From the NCBI GenBank assembly GCA_964247055.1, contig OZ176050.1:11284001-11348000 (forward strand): a stretch of DNA of 64,000 nt, written 5' to 3'. Numbering within the stretch: position 1 is the first letter of the stretch; the number at the start of each line of letters is the position of its first letter. The stretch is from Paragordius varius. Its lineage: Eukaryota > Animalia > Nematomorpha. Shown here piece after piece: positions 12,222-25,300 of the stretch. The notes beneath the pieces are model-generated. The model had not been told where the DNA came from and made no database searches. It saw only the letters and a program-made list of their open reading frames with translations. Position numbers and translations under genes: made by a program.

Positions 12222-13588
12222 TTAAAACGATTGTTGGTATATATTAATTTTTTTTATTTTTATTAGTTATATTAAAATTGCTAACATGCAGTTTCATTGG
12301 AGCGAGCCATGTCTCAACAATTTCAGTGAATTATGTAAATAACAAAAATGTTAAATTATACTACCAACAAACATTGAAATTAATAAATCTTCAGTCAATT
12401 ACCAAAATGGCCAATATAAATATATTATCTTCCCCATATCTTGCTCCATTTAAAATTTTCCTAAGTTTAAACAGCGGATTATTTTAGACATTTTAACCGT
12501 AGCAATCCATCTTAAAACATTGTGGTATGCTAAATGAGCGTTGTCGCGAAATGCCAAATGACTGATTAATATGTGAAAATAATTAAAAATTCATACATTA
12601 AATACGCTTAGTATAAAATGTAACTCAAAAAACGGTTGGGCCTTTATGCACCATTTTAAACAGTCTAATTTGGGTGATTTTGGCTTAAGGTAAAAATTGC
12701 TCGTTTTTTGGCAGGAAATAAGATGATTGGAATGTTTGAAAAAAATGCATATATATAAAAAATACTTCGTTTTCCAGAATAGATTTTTCTTTTTTTATAG
12801 TCTCCATAAGACAGTTTTTATTATAAAATGTGTTTGATCTAGCAATCATTTTGAAAAAAAAAACATAAAAGTGATTATTTACAAGGTAAAGCATAAACAA
12901 TTAAATGAATGGTGTGATAAACAAGAAATTTGATTAATGGCGCACAAATGAAACGATATATAATTAGGGATTATGAGCATTATTATTTTAAAAAAGGTCA
13001 AAAGCAGTAGTTTTTTTGTTTTTAGAAAAAAGAACTTATTTGAATACTCTTTTCTATTTTTATAAATTTGCGTATGTTAAAAAACTTTAAAACCTTATTA
13101 TGATGGTGTGATGTCAACGAAAGATGCCAGATGTGTTATTACAAATCAAACGAAATTTCCCAAAACACTTGAGTTGGTTGATTAATAATTTTAATACAAA
13201 ATCTTCCTACAAATTGTTAGACAGCAATCAATTAGACCCTGTTTGTAATTGGGTAGCTTAAAACTTATGACCATTCTTGTCTATATTTACATTAAAAATA
13301 TATGTCATATTTTGAAACGAAAAATTGATTTTTGATAAGACACATTAAATTTTTTAGGCTTTTTATAATTTTTGAAGAAAAAATTATATTTAAGGTTAAC
13401 ATTAGTGTAGTAATTATTGATATACTTAATTAATATTTTCAATCAAATAAGAATATTAGAAGGCAAGTTGTTTGGCGTTTGCAATTGAAAACAGTGAAAT
13501 TTAAAAGATTCACACTTAATAACCAATTAATTTGCACAATAATATATATAGATGCAAGATTGCGGTGAAATAAAAAAAATTACACATA

Positions 13589-13770
13589 CAGTAGCGTATC
13601 CAGTAAAAGATTGTTAGTGCAAAATAATCTTAATGAACACAAAACAGGGGGATATTATGGATATGTTTATAAATAGGACTAAATGATAATTAATATATGA
13701 AAATTGTCCCCCTGTTTTGTGTTCATTAAGATTATTTTGCACTAACAATCTTTTACTGCATACGCTACTG
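13589..13770. mobile_element. Tc1/mariner-type MITE family B, copy 1 (182 bp)
   Basis: TA|CAGTAGCGTATCCAGTAAAAGATTGTTAGTGCAAAATAATCTTAATGAACACAAAACAGGGGG ... CAGTAGCG inverted|TA; TIRs about 65 bp. Confidence 0.95.
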
Positions 13771-13889
13771 TATATCTTATTTATGGTTAGCATATTCTTA
13801 AAAAATTTTTACATCAGCAGTTGATAATTGACAGATCAATAATTTTACCGAAACGTTGGAAAAAAGTTTGCTCTTTAAAATAGCATATG

Positions 13890-14570
13890 ACCAAAATTTA
13901 GTTGCACGTGGAAAAACATAGATGCAAAGATTGCGGTAGAATGCAATCAAAGAAAAAATAAAATTGTTCCATAAATATATATGGTCATAATATTTTCACA
14001 CTAATTAAAAATGTCACAAATCGTAAAATACAGTAGCGTATGCAGTAAAAGATTGTTAGTGCAAAATAATCTTAAACAGGGGGACAATTTTCATATATTA
14101 ATTATCATTCAGGCCTATTTATAAACATATCCATAATATCCCCCTGTTTTAAGATTATTTTGCACTAACAATCTTTTACTGCATACGCTACTGTAATAAT
14201 TTTATATTATAAAATTAAAATAAACATCAATTTTTTTGATGGAAAAAAATAATTGAAAGGAATTCAATTGTATATTTTATTCATGTATTATCTATCAGTT
14301 TCTACATATTTCACCCACCAAAATTTATTTGCACGTGGAAAAACATAGACGCAAAGATGGCGGTAGAATGCAATCAAAGAAAAAATAAAATTGATAGATA
14401 TATGGTTCTAATATTTTCAAACTAATTAAAAATGTCCCAAATTGTAAAATAATGATTTAATTTAAAATTAAGATAAACATCATTTTTTAATGGAAAAAAA
14501 ATAATTGAAAGGAACTCAATTGGATACTTTATTCATGTATTTATCAGTTTCTATATATTTCACCCACACA
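13890..14570 (+). repeat. Tandem direct duplication with a unit of about 260 bp; the first unit is interrupted by MITE B copy 2
   Basis: CAAAATTTA.TTGCACGTGGAAAAACATAGA... to ...TATTTCACCCAC occurs at about 13892-14317 (with insert) and 14318-14567. Confidence 0.9.
14031..14193. mobile_element. MITE family B, copy 2 (163 bp), inverted relative to copy 1
   Basis: TA|CAGTAGCGTATGCAG ... CTGCATACGCTACTG|TA; core is the reverse complement of the copy 1 core. Confidence 0.95.
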
Positions 14571-14589
14571 TATTTATAATCTCAATCAG

Positions 14590-16451
14590 CACAATAAATT
14601 TTTTGCGGATCGCGTGTAAATTCAGCTAAAAACTCGTTTTGCACCATTTATTTTAAACTTTAAATATTTTAATAACAACATTATTTTGATATTAACCAAT
14701 AATTTTTGACAAATTCGGTTCGCCTCATAACAGGCCAATCTTAATATGTGGTCTATATGATCATCGATTAAGCGATTTCTGCATGTATTATTGACATACT
14801 TTATTTTTGAATATGTCGTCAAACGTGTAAGTTGAGGGAAAAGCAGTAAGGATAACTTGAGCACATTTTTTTATATTTTCTATTTATTTGGCACATCTGC
14901 CAAAACTGTACATATCTTTCTTTTCTACGATTCGCCATGAATATAGCCTCCAAATTGGAATCGTTTTAAAAATATATAAATTTTTCAATGATATGCGCCT
15001 GTTAAACCGAAATGCTCAAGTTGCCTAATATTGGATATATCCATATGCCATGGGTTGATTTTCAACGAGTTTTAGCAATTTTAATGTTTCTTAATTCTTG
15101 AAATCCTAATCTCATCTCATTAGCTAAGAATAAATTAAATTAATCTCCGTTAAATTCCGTATTTTCTTCATGAATCGTTTTAAGTGTTGAAAAATATAAT
15201 TTGATTAGCAAATTGGGTTAATTTGCTCACTTAAAGATTTGTATTAAAAATACTAAGTTTATAAGTAATGTCGCAAAGATAGGCTAATAAAACCCATCGT
15301 TTGTCACTATTAATTTTCTCGTCAAACTTACTGTTATCTTTTAAAAATAATAGAATTTCATGTTTTAAAACAAAAAATCTATTCAATACTTTGCTAAGGC
15401 TTAGCCATCTCACGGCGGTGTACAAAAGGATACCATCCAACGCACTGTGAATATCTTTCATAGGTTTTTGAATTTACGGCGGTTGAATTTTTTACCACGG
15501 ATGATATCCACAACCGTTTTAATTACTGTATTGCGTTATTCATCTTTTAGACGCGAAACCAAGTTTTGCTGATATATAAAGGAGTGAAAGGATAAAATAT
15601 TTTGCAAATTATATTTGTTTTTCTAAAGAGGAATAAATACTTTGTTAATTATAATCATAAAGAGACAGTCATCTGTGCAGATCGAAACCAATTTTTTCAT
15701 AGATATACCATTATTATCGAAAAAAGTGCTAATTATTTCGAGAAAATCACTTCTTTCGTGGTATTCTTCATTGGTAAAAATTTTGAATATTCCTTGATTA
15801 TGTTGACGTTGTAAAATTTCACGAAGAGCGCACATTGAAATGTCTCAATATTGTATTTTTTTATAATTATGTTGTCCATACATATAAGGCAGGTAACACA
15901 TTTTTTAAAACGACAAAGAATTTTTCTTCCCATTCTTTTTTAAAGGATCGATTTTCATCGGATAATTTAGATTTTTAAGCATTAAATGTCATTCTTTGAA
16001 TTTATGTTTAAATATTATGTAAATTTTTTCAGAAAAATAGGGATTTTATTGGAAACATGCTATAAAAAACAGGTCGAAATTTAATGATGTTGATTTGAAA
16101 ATATTTTATGGGAATGAGTTATAAAAAATGATGCAGGATAGCAACGAAAAGAATATGTATATGCAAGTTTTGGTGAAAGACTTGTTTAAATACAAAAAAG
16201 GAATGCAATATACATTTCAAAATAGAAATGAAAATAGAATATAGAAAAACAACGTGTGCCAAAATTTTGAAATCATTTTAATATAGAAACATTTTTCTAC
16301 ATTTCGAATTGGGTAAAAAATAAATATCAAAATTAAATCCAAAGAAAATAAATTAATAACAAAATAAGCGAAAATTCGTTTATGTGTATTTTAAAAATTC
16401 ATCAAAAAGTATTCTTAGGGCCGCATGCGGCCCACGGTTTGAGTTTCACTG
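14590..16451 (-). mobile_element. Degenerate hAT transposon, Buster/Charlie/SPIN group
   Basis: 5' end CAGTGAAACTCAAACCGTGGGCCGCATGCGGCCC. Transposase motifs VSICTDD (from TDGA), LLYTAVRWLSLSKVLNRFFVLKHEILLFL, LAYLCDI, and KIKYV...RNRLIDDHIDHILRLA. Frameshifted; left end degenerate. Confidence 0.85.
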
Positions 16452-16459
16452 GCTTAGCT

Positions 16460-17180
16460 TGTCCTTCATTTAAGCTTGTGGCGGTTATTGCGGTGTGGCA
16501 AAATCATTTTGCCAGTAGTCGTTTCTCGATTTAAACATGCTTTAATTAAATCATCTGTTGGGGTTAACGTTATGTATTAATGGTTTGACTGGGCTTTAAA
16601 AGTTTATTTTGATACACAATAGTCTGGCCCCCTAGACACAGAGCATGGTCTTTTTGCCGAAGCGATCTGGTCCGGGGGTTGATGGACCGGCATGGCTTTG
16701 TTTCAACAGAATAAAGCCACTTCTTATCAACCGTCACAATCAGATGCAAAAATGATTAAGTTTTGTGATGTTTAATAAGATTTTATTGTAATTTTCAATT
16801 CCACATTTATTCAATTGTGTAGGTCCTATTTAACGAGTTTATTAATCTCCATCGCTCGACAAGCCCGCTAGTAATGTGTCTGCATATTGCCATTGAATTT
16901 GAGTTGAATCTTTATCCAATAACTCTTAAACTACATCGTCCTCGCTGTTAAGTGGTCTACCAGAGCGTCCACACTCATCTTAAAATGTAACTTTTAATTT
17001 TTTAAAACTTTTACATATTTTTATCAATGGAAATATTTTACCAGCAAACGATGTTTACAACCTTTTATTTCTCATGCAATGATTAGCAAAAATTTTATTA
17101 CCGAATGATATCAATAAGACGCTACTTTTTGGCGGAGCAAACTTGAGCGTGTTGTCGCTTGATGACAGTTTAAAATGAAA
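16460..17180 (-). mobile_element. Second degenerate Mos1-like mariner, truncated next to the hAT element
   Basis: ECGRSGRP, PDRFGKKTMLCV (Mos1 PNRFGKKTMLCVWW) and a decayed HDNA region; shares the GGTCTACCAGAGCG segment with the copy near 5320. Confidence 0.7.
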
Positions 17181-17989
17181 ATTAATCTGCATAATTTTTA
17201 CTGATGTCTTCTCTGAGTTAAACCGGTAACTACCTTGACGCGAATTTCGTTTATAACATTTTTATTAATTAAAAAACTGGTAAATTATAAAACAAGTACA
17301 TTTTTTAGAGGGTTGTCCTACTTTTCATTTCGCCGAAGGATTCAAGAATGTGCTAACCCAAGCCTGACAATAACGATGAAATATTGTGCACTTACTAGAC
17401 TTCATCATAAAAAAATGAGTAAGCCCTGAAAACACATCACGCCTTCAGCTATTACGTATAATAAACAGTATATTAAAAACATATTTTAATTATTGTAATG
17501 GTAAATAACGGATTGGTTATGTTTTGTAATCAGTTGTTAAAATCCGTAATATAACGATAAAGGATAATTAAATAGAATTAAATGAAAGTATAAATAGAAA
17601 TTTAAACGATATGTGAAACCCTTCGTCAATAGTAATCGCAGACTTGTTTCGTGCTTGTTAGCACTCATCAGTACGACACAACTATTTGACTTGGGGTTTT
17701 CACATATCGATTTCGTATATATATCCAACTTTGCAATTTTTTTGGTGTATATTATATTAATTGACATCTGCTCATAAAATTATAAAAATCATCCGACAAT
17801 AAAATTTTTTAATGTAATCAAAATAATTATTAATTGAATAAAGAAATGTGGCGTAAGAGAAAACTGAAGTAGTTTAAATTAAATATTTTTCCTATAATTT
17901 GGTTTATTACCTTTCTTAATAACGCTTCTGTAATAGTGACAAGCCATTGTAAGAGTCTCATAATCGGTTAATGGAGGAAAATAATATAT

Positions 17990-18080
17990 TACCATTTAAA
18001 TCTCAAATCAACCCCTAACTATTCCATATTCACTATTGAACATTTAAAAATCACCCTTGATCATTTTAAATTCACCCTAA
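17990..18080. mobile_element. Degenerate left arm of MITE family A
   Basis: TACCATTTAAATCTCAAATCAACCCC followed by decayed AAATTCACCCT units. Confidence 0.5.
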
Positions 18081-18189
18081 ATATAAACCAGCAATAACAT
18101 ATATTCAAATACTTGTTTTAGGTTTATTTTTCATTTTTCGGGCCCTAAAATTGCTTTTTTTGATGTACTCATTTTAAGTAAAAATATCT

Positions 18190-18830
18190 GCGTATTCAAC
18201 AACTATGCAATATTTGTCGGATTATTATATGGTGCACGGACGGCTCTTAAGAGAGAAAAATATTTAATTTGGCCCATCAAAAAAATTAGTTAGTATCGCT
18301 CTATAGAAATGATATGAACGTTGGAACATGAAAAAGTACACATTAATATTGGCAGCCCAATCTACTGGGTCATACATTCTAGTGATGGTATTGCTGCAAA
18401 AAAACAGTGACTTCGGAAAAAATTTTAAGCCTATTAATAAAACAACTTAAAATGAAATAAAAAATTGATTGGATATTATTTTAAAGCAGTATATACACTA
18501 TGGGAATTTTGTATACCAACGCACACAGAACTGATGAAATGTATTTGAAAGCGAAAAGGTTGTGATGCTACAGTTATAATTATGTTGAATAGAAGCAAAA
18601 TTTGTTAGTTGATCATAAAAGAAATCAATGAAATAAATAATTGTTGACCAGTAATTTTTATGAAGACGGATTGCTTTTCCGGAATAATGATGTTATAATG
18701 CCGAGAAAATAAAAAATGAAGAATGCTAATGTATGAGAAAAAATATGAAAAATTTGGAACTTAATATGCACATGGAATTGCAAAACATGGCTTGGTATCA
18801 ACCTATTAGGTAATCACCAAAAAAAAGCTA
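18190..18830 (+). mobile_element. Possible highly decayed Ty3/Gypsy pol fragment (RNase H to integrase zinc-binding region)
   Basis: Broken-frame motifs WQPNLLGHTF, SDFG, EDGLLFRNNDVIMP and AWYQPI occur in the order expected for pol (W..LL.Y.F, DFG.AD, DG.L.RG.R.VIP, WWPGI). Confidence 0.35.
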
Positions 18831-19477
18831 TCATGATGGGTAATAATTTATCATGTTTAATATTTCACTAAAATGCCATTAAATAATGTAATTAATATTC
18901 ACCATACCAATTAATCATCACCCTAATTTTATTAGATATAGAGAAGATATTATAATTATGCCATATATATTTATTAAATAAGCAATAGATTTTTAGAGGA
19001 TATAATGCAATTTAAGAAGTTATCGCGATTTTAGCAATTAAAAACGCCTATTAGCACCAAATCCTTAAGCATCAAAAAAACTAATCATTTCTTTGATTTA
19101 AAAGATTTGAAGTACAAACATCATTTAAATATAAAAGGCTATTAAAAAGAATATAAAAAAAATTAAATCGTAAAAATTAAATTTAAATACTTGATTATCC
19201 AGAATTAAAGGGGTTGATCATATGTCAATTAATAGATTTAACACTCTATTACCTTTTGGGGTAGTTTTAAATCTCTGAGCGATTTTAAATTTGTTAAAAA
19301 GTTTTAAGGCATTACGAAATTTTTCCTTAGACTTTTAGACGTATAGGACAAAAAAATTTAAAATGTAAAATTGAAAAAATTCTCTTCTAAAACATTTAAA
19401 CCGTCATTTTTTCCTATAATAGCTAATTCAACAGGCAACTAAATGTATATTATGGTCAGAAAGTGTAAATAATTAAC

Positions 19478-20590
19478 TTGTTGTTGTTGTTTGCTAAAGT
19501 CGATTCCGACTAATTGCAACATTGAAGATAAAGCTTCTCCATTCATTGCGATTTCCGGTTTTGGTGTTTAGGTCGGATAAGGATTGGTTGGTTTCTTTAA
19601 GGATGTTATCCATCCAACGAGTTCGTCTTCTCCCTCTTTTTCGGGTACCACTCACTTTCCCCAGCATCAGTGATTTTTCAAGTGAGCTGGATCTCATGAT
19701 GTGCCCGAAGAAGGAGAGTTTTTGCCGTGTTAAGCTGCCAAGAAGTGACATTTCTGGGTTAATTTTATTTAGAATGGTGGTGTTTGAAACTTTGTCTGTC
19801 CATTTTGTTTGAAGAAGTTTCCTCCAAACCCATAATTCGAAAGAGTTTATTAGACGTTCATCATATTTTTTCAGTGTCCAGCTTTCCCCCCCATACATGA
19901 ATGTGGGGAAAACTGTAGCTTTGATTAATCTGATTTTGGTTTGTAGTTTAATGTCATGTGACATCCAAAGCCTGTTATATTTAAAAGTTACTGCTTTAGC
20001 AATAGCAATTCTTCGCTTTATTTCAGGCGTAGAGTTGTTCTCATTATTAATAATGCTACCTAAGTACGTGTAGCTGCTAACTGTTTCGATCTGGTTGCCG
20101 TTGAGGATTATTGGATTGGTTTGAGCCGGATTTATTTGCATGACTTTTGTTTTTTTGAAATTGATATTTAATCCAAATTTATTGCATCCAGTTGTAAACA
20201 CTTGCAAAGCTTGCGATAATGTGTCTACACTGTCTGCGAATAGGACTGTATCATCCGCGTAGTGAACGGATGTAAGTAGGTTCCCACCTACGTTGATGCC
20301 GTACGTTTGTGGGATATTTCTTATAATGCACTCCAGGTATGCGTTAAAAAGAATTGGTGATAAAACGCATCCTTGACGGAGGCCGACTTGTACCATACAT
20401 GGGTCAGATATACCGTATGGTGTGGATACTATAGCCGTGGAATTTGAATAAATTGAAAATATGATGTTGATTAAATGTGTTGACACTCCGAGTTGTTTTA
20501 GAGCTTTCCTTAGTTTATTGTGCTGGATGGAATCAAATGCTTTGGAAAAATCGACAAAGCACATATGCAATTCTTTGTTAAATTCGATGC
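19478..20590 (-). mobile_element. 5'-truncated RTE-clade non-LTR retrotransposon with an open reverse transcriptase frame
   Basis: ORF 19494-20570 (358 aa, no stops): FVDFSKAFDS, GLRQGCVLSPILFN, YADD, NFKKTKVM, YTYLGS, the RTE-like C-terminus (IKRRIAIAK, YGGESWTL, FFGHIMR) and a (CAA)4 tail directly after TAG. No TSD found. Confidence 0.92.
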
Positions 20591-21304
20591 TTACAAGCTA
20601 CATTTAACCAGCAACTTGTTATATTTTGGTTTTAACATCAGCTGTTTGTTTAATCTGTTTTGGAGATGTCCCAATTTTACACTTCAAAAGTTACAATTTT
20701 ATATGACTATAAGCTTTTTTATCTACACATGAGCACAATGATTAATTAAATTTAACTAAAATATTCAAAACAGTTTATATACAATATAGTATAGCACTAC
20801 CCCAATAATTAAACTAGACAAAAAAATAAAAAGGTGGAGAATATTGATTCACTCGTAAGAACCAAAACCGATCTCACCTTAATAATCTTGCATTTTCTAA
20901 CAGAATATATCCTCCCCCTTTTTGGAGCCAGTCTTATAGGCCACTGAGACCATATAAATTTAATTAATATTAATTATTTAATGCAAAAAATAAAAATCTT
21001 TCCAAATTAGTCATAGGCCGTCCTGTGTTATTAAGCCTGCAAACACAAATATTTATCTTAAATTAAACTTTTTCTGTTTATTTCAGTAAGAATCTATCGT
21101 TGATCTACTAAGAATATAGTCGTTAATTTCCAGCGAAGCTTAAGAACACAGATGGTTTAATATATATTAAAATAAACCAACTAGGTATAAATTTTCTCAT
21201 ACTCTGCCTGATTTGTGTTTAAAGCATTTTCAATAAAAGGTATATTTCTTATTGATTTCGTAAGCAACATAACTTAAGGCAACATGAGATTGATACATTT
21301 TTTA

Positions 21305-21306
<2 letters not shown>

Positions 21307-21352
<46 letters not shown>
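21307..21352. repeat. (TA)n microsatellite
   Basis: Pure AT run of about 46 nt. Similar runs at about 4193-4226, 28674-28700, 29865-29891, 47629-47661 and 50075-50105. Confidence 0.95.
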
Positions 21353-21354
<2 letters not shown>

Positions 21355-21552
21355 TCAGAATATTTTTGTGACCCTTGATTTTATCAACTGTGCAATAAAA
21401 ATAGGCAGATGAGTATATAATAAATTTTTTGCATTATTAGTATCGTACTTCCGCATAAGGGATAAAATTCTAAAAAATTAATTTAAAAATGAATATATGT
21501 TAAAGATGTTAATTAATGATGACTAAATAATACTGATATAACAATCATAATC

Positions 21553-21853
21553 CAGAGGGGGTCGAACATGCGGCCCTGTGAAATATTTTGTGCAGCTTAC
21601 GAGCAATTATTATAAATACGAAATATCATGATTTCTAAAATGTGCTACTTTAAAATTATGATTTTCCTTAAACAAATTTACTGAATAAGTCCTTCCAAAT
21701 TTTGCCAACAAGCTAGCAATAATTGGTGAAAGAAATAGTAGTAATATTGTGTTCCTGTTTTTTACAGTCATCTGTTAGACATCTGGTAAAATATTAACTA
21801 ATGCCCATATATTTTTCGAATGCGGGCTGAACCATTTGTGTTAAGCACTCCTG
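21553..21853. mobile_element. hAT-derived MITE family C, degenerate copy
   Basis: CAGAGGGGGTCGAACATGCGGCCC ... CCATTTGTGTTAAGCACTCCTG; 8-bp TSD not preserved. Confidence 0.65.
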
Positions 21854-22329
21854 TTAACAAATGGACCGATCTTTATTAAATATATAGTTTAAAAAATACG
21901 TTTTATGAGTATTAAATAATCTCATTCTTTACAATTTAAATGTTTTTAATGATTCCAATTCAAATATTTTTGCTAGCTTTTCTCAATTCTCGTAAAAATA
22001 TAAAAATAATATATTATGTATTTTTAAATCTTACGCCATATATTTGTACTTTATAAATAAACTCGTTTTAAATTATTTTGACAGCATATCGCTACCCACA
22101 CTAAATAGATTCATTACCAGCCTTTTAGAGAAAAAGATTAAATTGCCGACTTCGTTTGAAAAAGAATGATTTATTTTTCTAGAAACCTCACGAATAATTC
22201 TTATCATACCAAATATTGTTCAAAATGATATAGTTATGCCATGATTACAATAATTTTTTTTTCAATTTATTAGGGATAAAGATTATTATGTAATTATTAA
22301 AATAAATTAATTTATAGAATCAAATAAAT

Positions 22330-25300
22330 TTAATATTGTGGAGGTTTGTTTTGTGGATGTTGCTGTTGTTGATACATGGCTTGCATTGAATATGGATTAT
22401 TTGCCTCAGACCCAAAACGCGCATTTAATCCTTGGGGTGGATTATATGGCGGCCTAGAAGATGAAGGTGGGGCCCCGTACAAAGGTGGACCTCTACATAA
22501 AAGTAAAGATTAATAAAATATAATAGGGGTGACCAACATGCCGCCTTCTTAGATATATTTGGAAAATCACCCAAAATTTTAAAGTTCGTAAAAATATTGC
22601 CGTTTATAAAATGATTCTTAGTAAAATTGATATACATTTAAAATTCAAATTCACGTTTAAACAATTCAAATTCACCCTTGAACAATTAAAATTCACCCTC
22701 AAACATTTCAAATTCACCCTCAAATAAAAAAAATTTTTTTAAGATTAAAAATTACCTATATTTTACAAAAATAAAATTTTGTTTTTAAATAAAATAAGAT
22801 TGAAAAAATAATAAATTATGCTATAAAGATATATTTTATATTAATAATGTAAAAATAATTTATATTTAGGGTGAATTTGGATTGTTTAAGGGTGAATTTG
22901 AACTGTAAATGGTATATTTAAAAACAATTTCTACTTAAGTATTTTCAAATTTTGGCAAACTAGCAGATGATGAAATAGATAAGGTTTATATGGTATTGGT
23001 AATTTTTTGCAGTTTTATGTTTTGCTAATAAAATTTTACTAAGGTCCTTATATTTTTAAATAGGGTCCGGGAAGTCATATACGTTAAGCCCCTCTTATAA
23101 TTTTATTACAAGGATATATATTTTAAAATTTGTAGTATTGATATAAGTATGCTAATCAGTTGAATTTTATTTTTTAATACTAGTCATATAATGGTAAAAA
23201 TGCATTAATTGTGAATCTGACCGCTTTTATAACTTATGTTTATCATTCACATATAAAATGATTAAATTAACCTTTATGAAAAAACGAAATAAAAATAAAT
23301 AATCATAAAATATGAATGTAAAGGTACCATGAACGTGAACATAACAACAAAGTTTAAACATATTATATGATTAAGGGTAAAAATAAGTATTGCACAGTTT
23401 AACCAGCAAAAAAACAATGGGACACGCCCTGAAACACGTCCACTGTTGATATAGGCATATTATATATTTTCACAGCGATTTATAAGTTATATCCCTAAAA
23501 TGTATTAATTTATGATTGATCTGCTAACTTTCCTACATATTTATATCAACTTTAAACCTATTATTATGCATCTGCATCATAGAATTTGGTTGATGAGGGA
23601 CCGTATTATTATTATTCATACTCTCATTGTAATATGAAACTTGGCCACGTAAAAGACTTGAAGAATTCATAACTCCTTGTGGATGATTGGATATAAAATT
23701 ATTATTATTCATATTATTCCCATATACCGAGGAGGTAGGTGTTTGATTCATATTGCTATTGATTGAATAAGTATTATTGGGCATGGGGTAATTTGAGTGT
23801 TGTTGAAAATTATTTTGTGGATTAAAACAGTTTGTAGCAACGGACATTGAATGATGTTGTGATGACAGTGATGATGACAATGGATATTGAGGTGGGGGTG
23901 GTCGATTAGAAGAAGACGCGGTATTATTACTCATAAAAGGTCCAGAGTTAAAATTATTGCTATTAAATGAATTGTTGGTGGAACTAGATTGATACATTGG
24001 ATTATTAATATTATTGTTATTGTTTAATCGTCCAGCTGGAGTTTGATACGTTTCATTTGAAACATTGGGTGGATGTATCACACCATATTTGCGTTTGGTT
24101 CCTGGGTTTATGCCAGACGGGTTAGCTGGATTGTCTTGTGTAACAAGAATATAGATTAATGAAGTAATAAATTAAATTGTGCATTTATATTTAAATATTA
24201 TATGACATTTTTGATAACTTTACATCTATATTAAATTGTAAATTCGAGTCGTCGTTATAGCTTACACTAAAACACATATAAAACTAGATAAATTTAAATT
24301 CCTTTGTTACATTATTTTAAAAATTTTACCAGGTTGAAGGTTTGACTGCAGCGGGTTTTTATGTGTGCTTTTAAACGCTCGTTCCTCATTATCAAAATCA
24401 AAATGATCATAGGCCGAAGAAGTATTAGTATGTATATTATCTAAATAATTACATAGATTTTATTACAATCATATATTAAAATAGGAGATGATGATAAAAT
24501 TAAAACCTGAACTTTTCTTTGTTTTTGTGTGCTTTTCAATATCTAATAAAACAAAATTTTGGTGGATTATATAAGATATATAATACAGATCATGATAAAT
24601 TTTGTAATAAAACATACCTAACAATAAGTTTTCATAATAAAATTCCTTAATCAAAACCTTAATCTTTGGATTCTTTAAAAGGTAAATATCTGAAAATATA
24701 ATGTGGAATAAAACCAAATCCTAAAATTCGTTGGAGCCAATCAAAAGTTTATAATTAGAATTTTTAAAATCTACCAGTTGCATTAATAGGATTTTTCGCA
24801 CGCAACATTGAACTCAAGGCAGCTTTACTTCCATATTGTTGTTGCTGATTCGATTGGTCTAGCATACAAATGTGTGAAAGTTTTTAGATATATAAAAAAA
24901 TTTATTTAGACAACATGTTATAATTTTATAATATAATATTGAAACGTATTTATAAAACAGCTTACTATAATCAGTTCTCATAAAGCCCGATGATGTAGGA
25001 TACCCTCCAACACTGGCCATAGACATTGGGTTTTGAGGACGCATTGCTCCACCAAATCTGTATAAAAAATAATTTTGCATATCCTCATAATGAATATGGA
25101 ATACAGTGCAATAAAATTATCTATAAAAATTGTTTAAAAGTATCATAAACAAACCGTAATTAAATATGAAGGACAAAACAAAAACTCATGCAATAAAACC
25201 CAATACATTTGTTAAATATATACTTATTTAGGCCCATTTCATTAGCATAAGGTGGATAATTCATCTGATTCGGGTTATTTCCGAAATTGCTCATTTGTGG

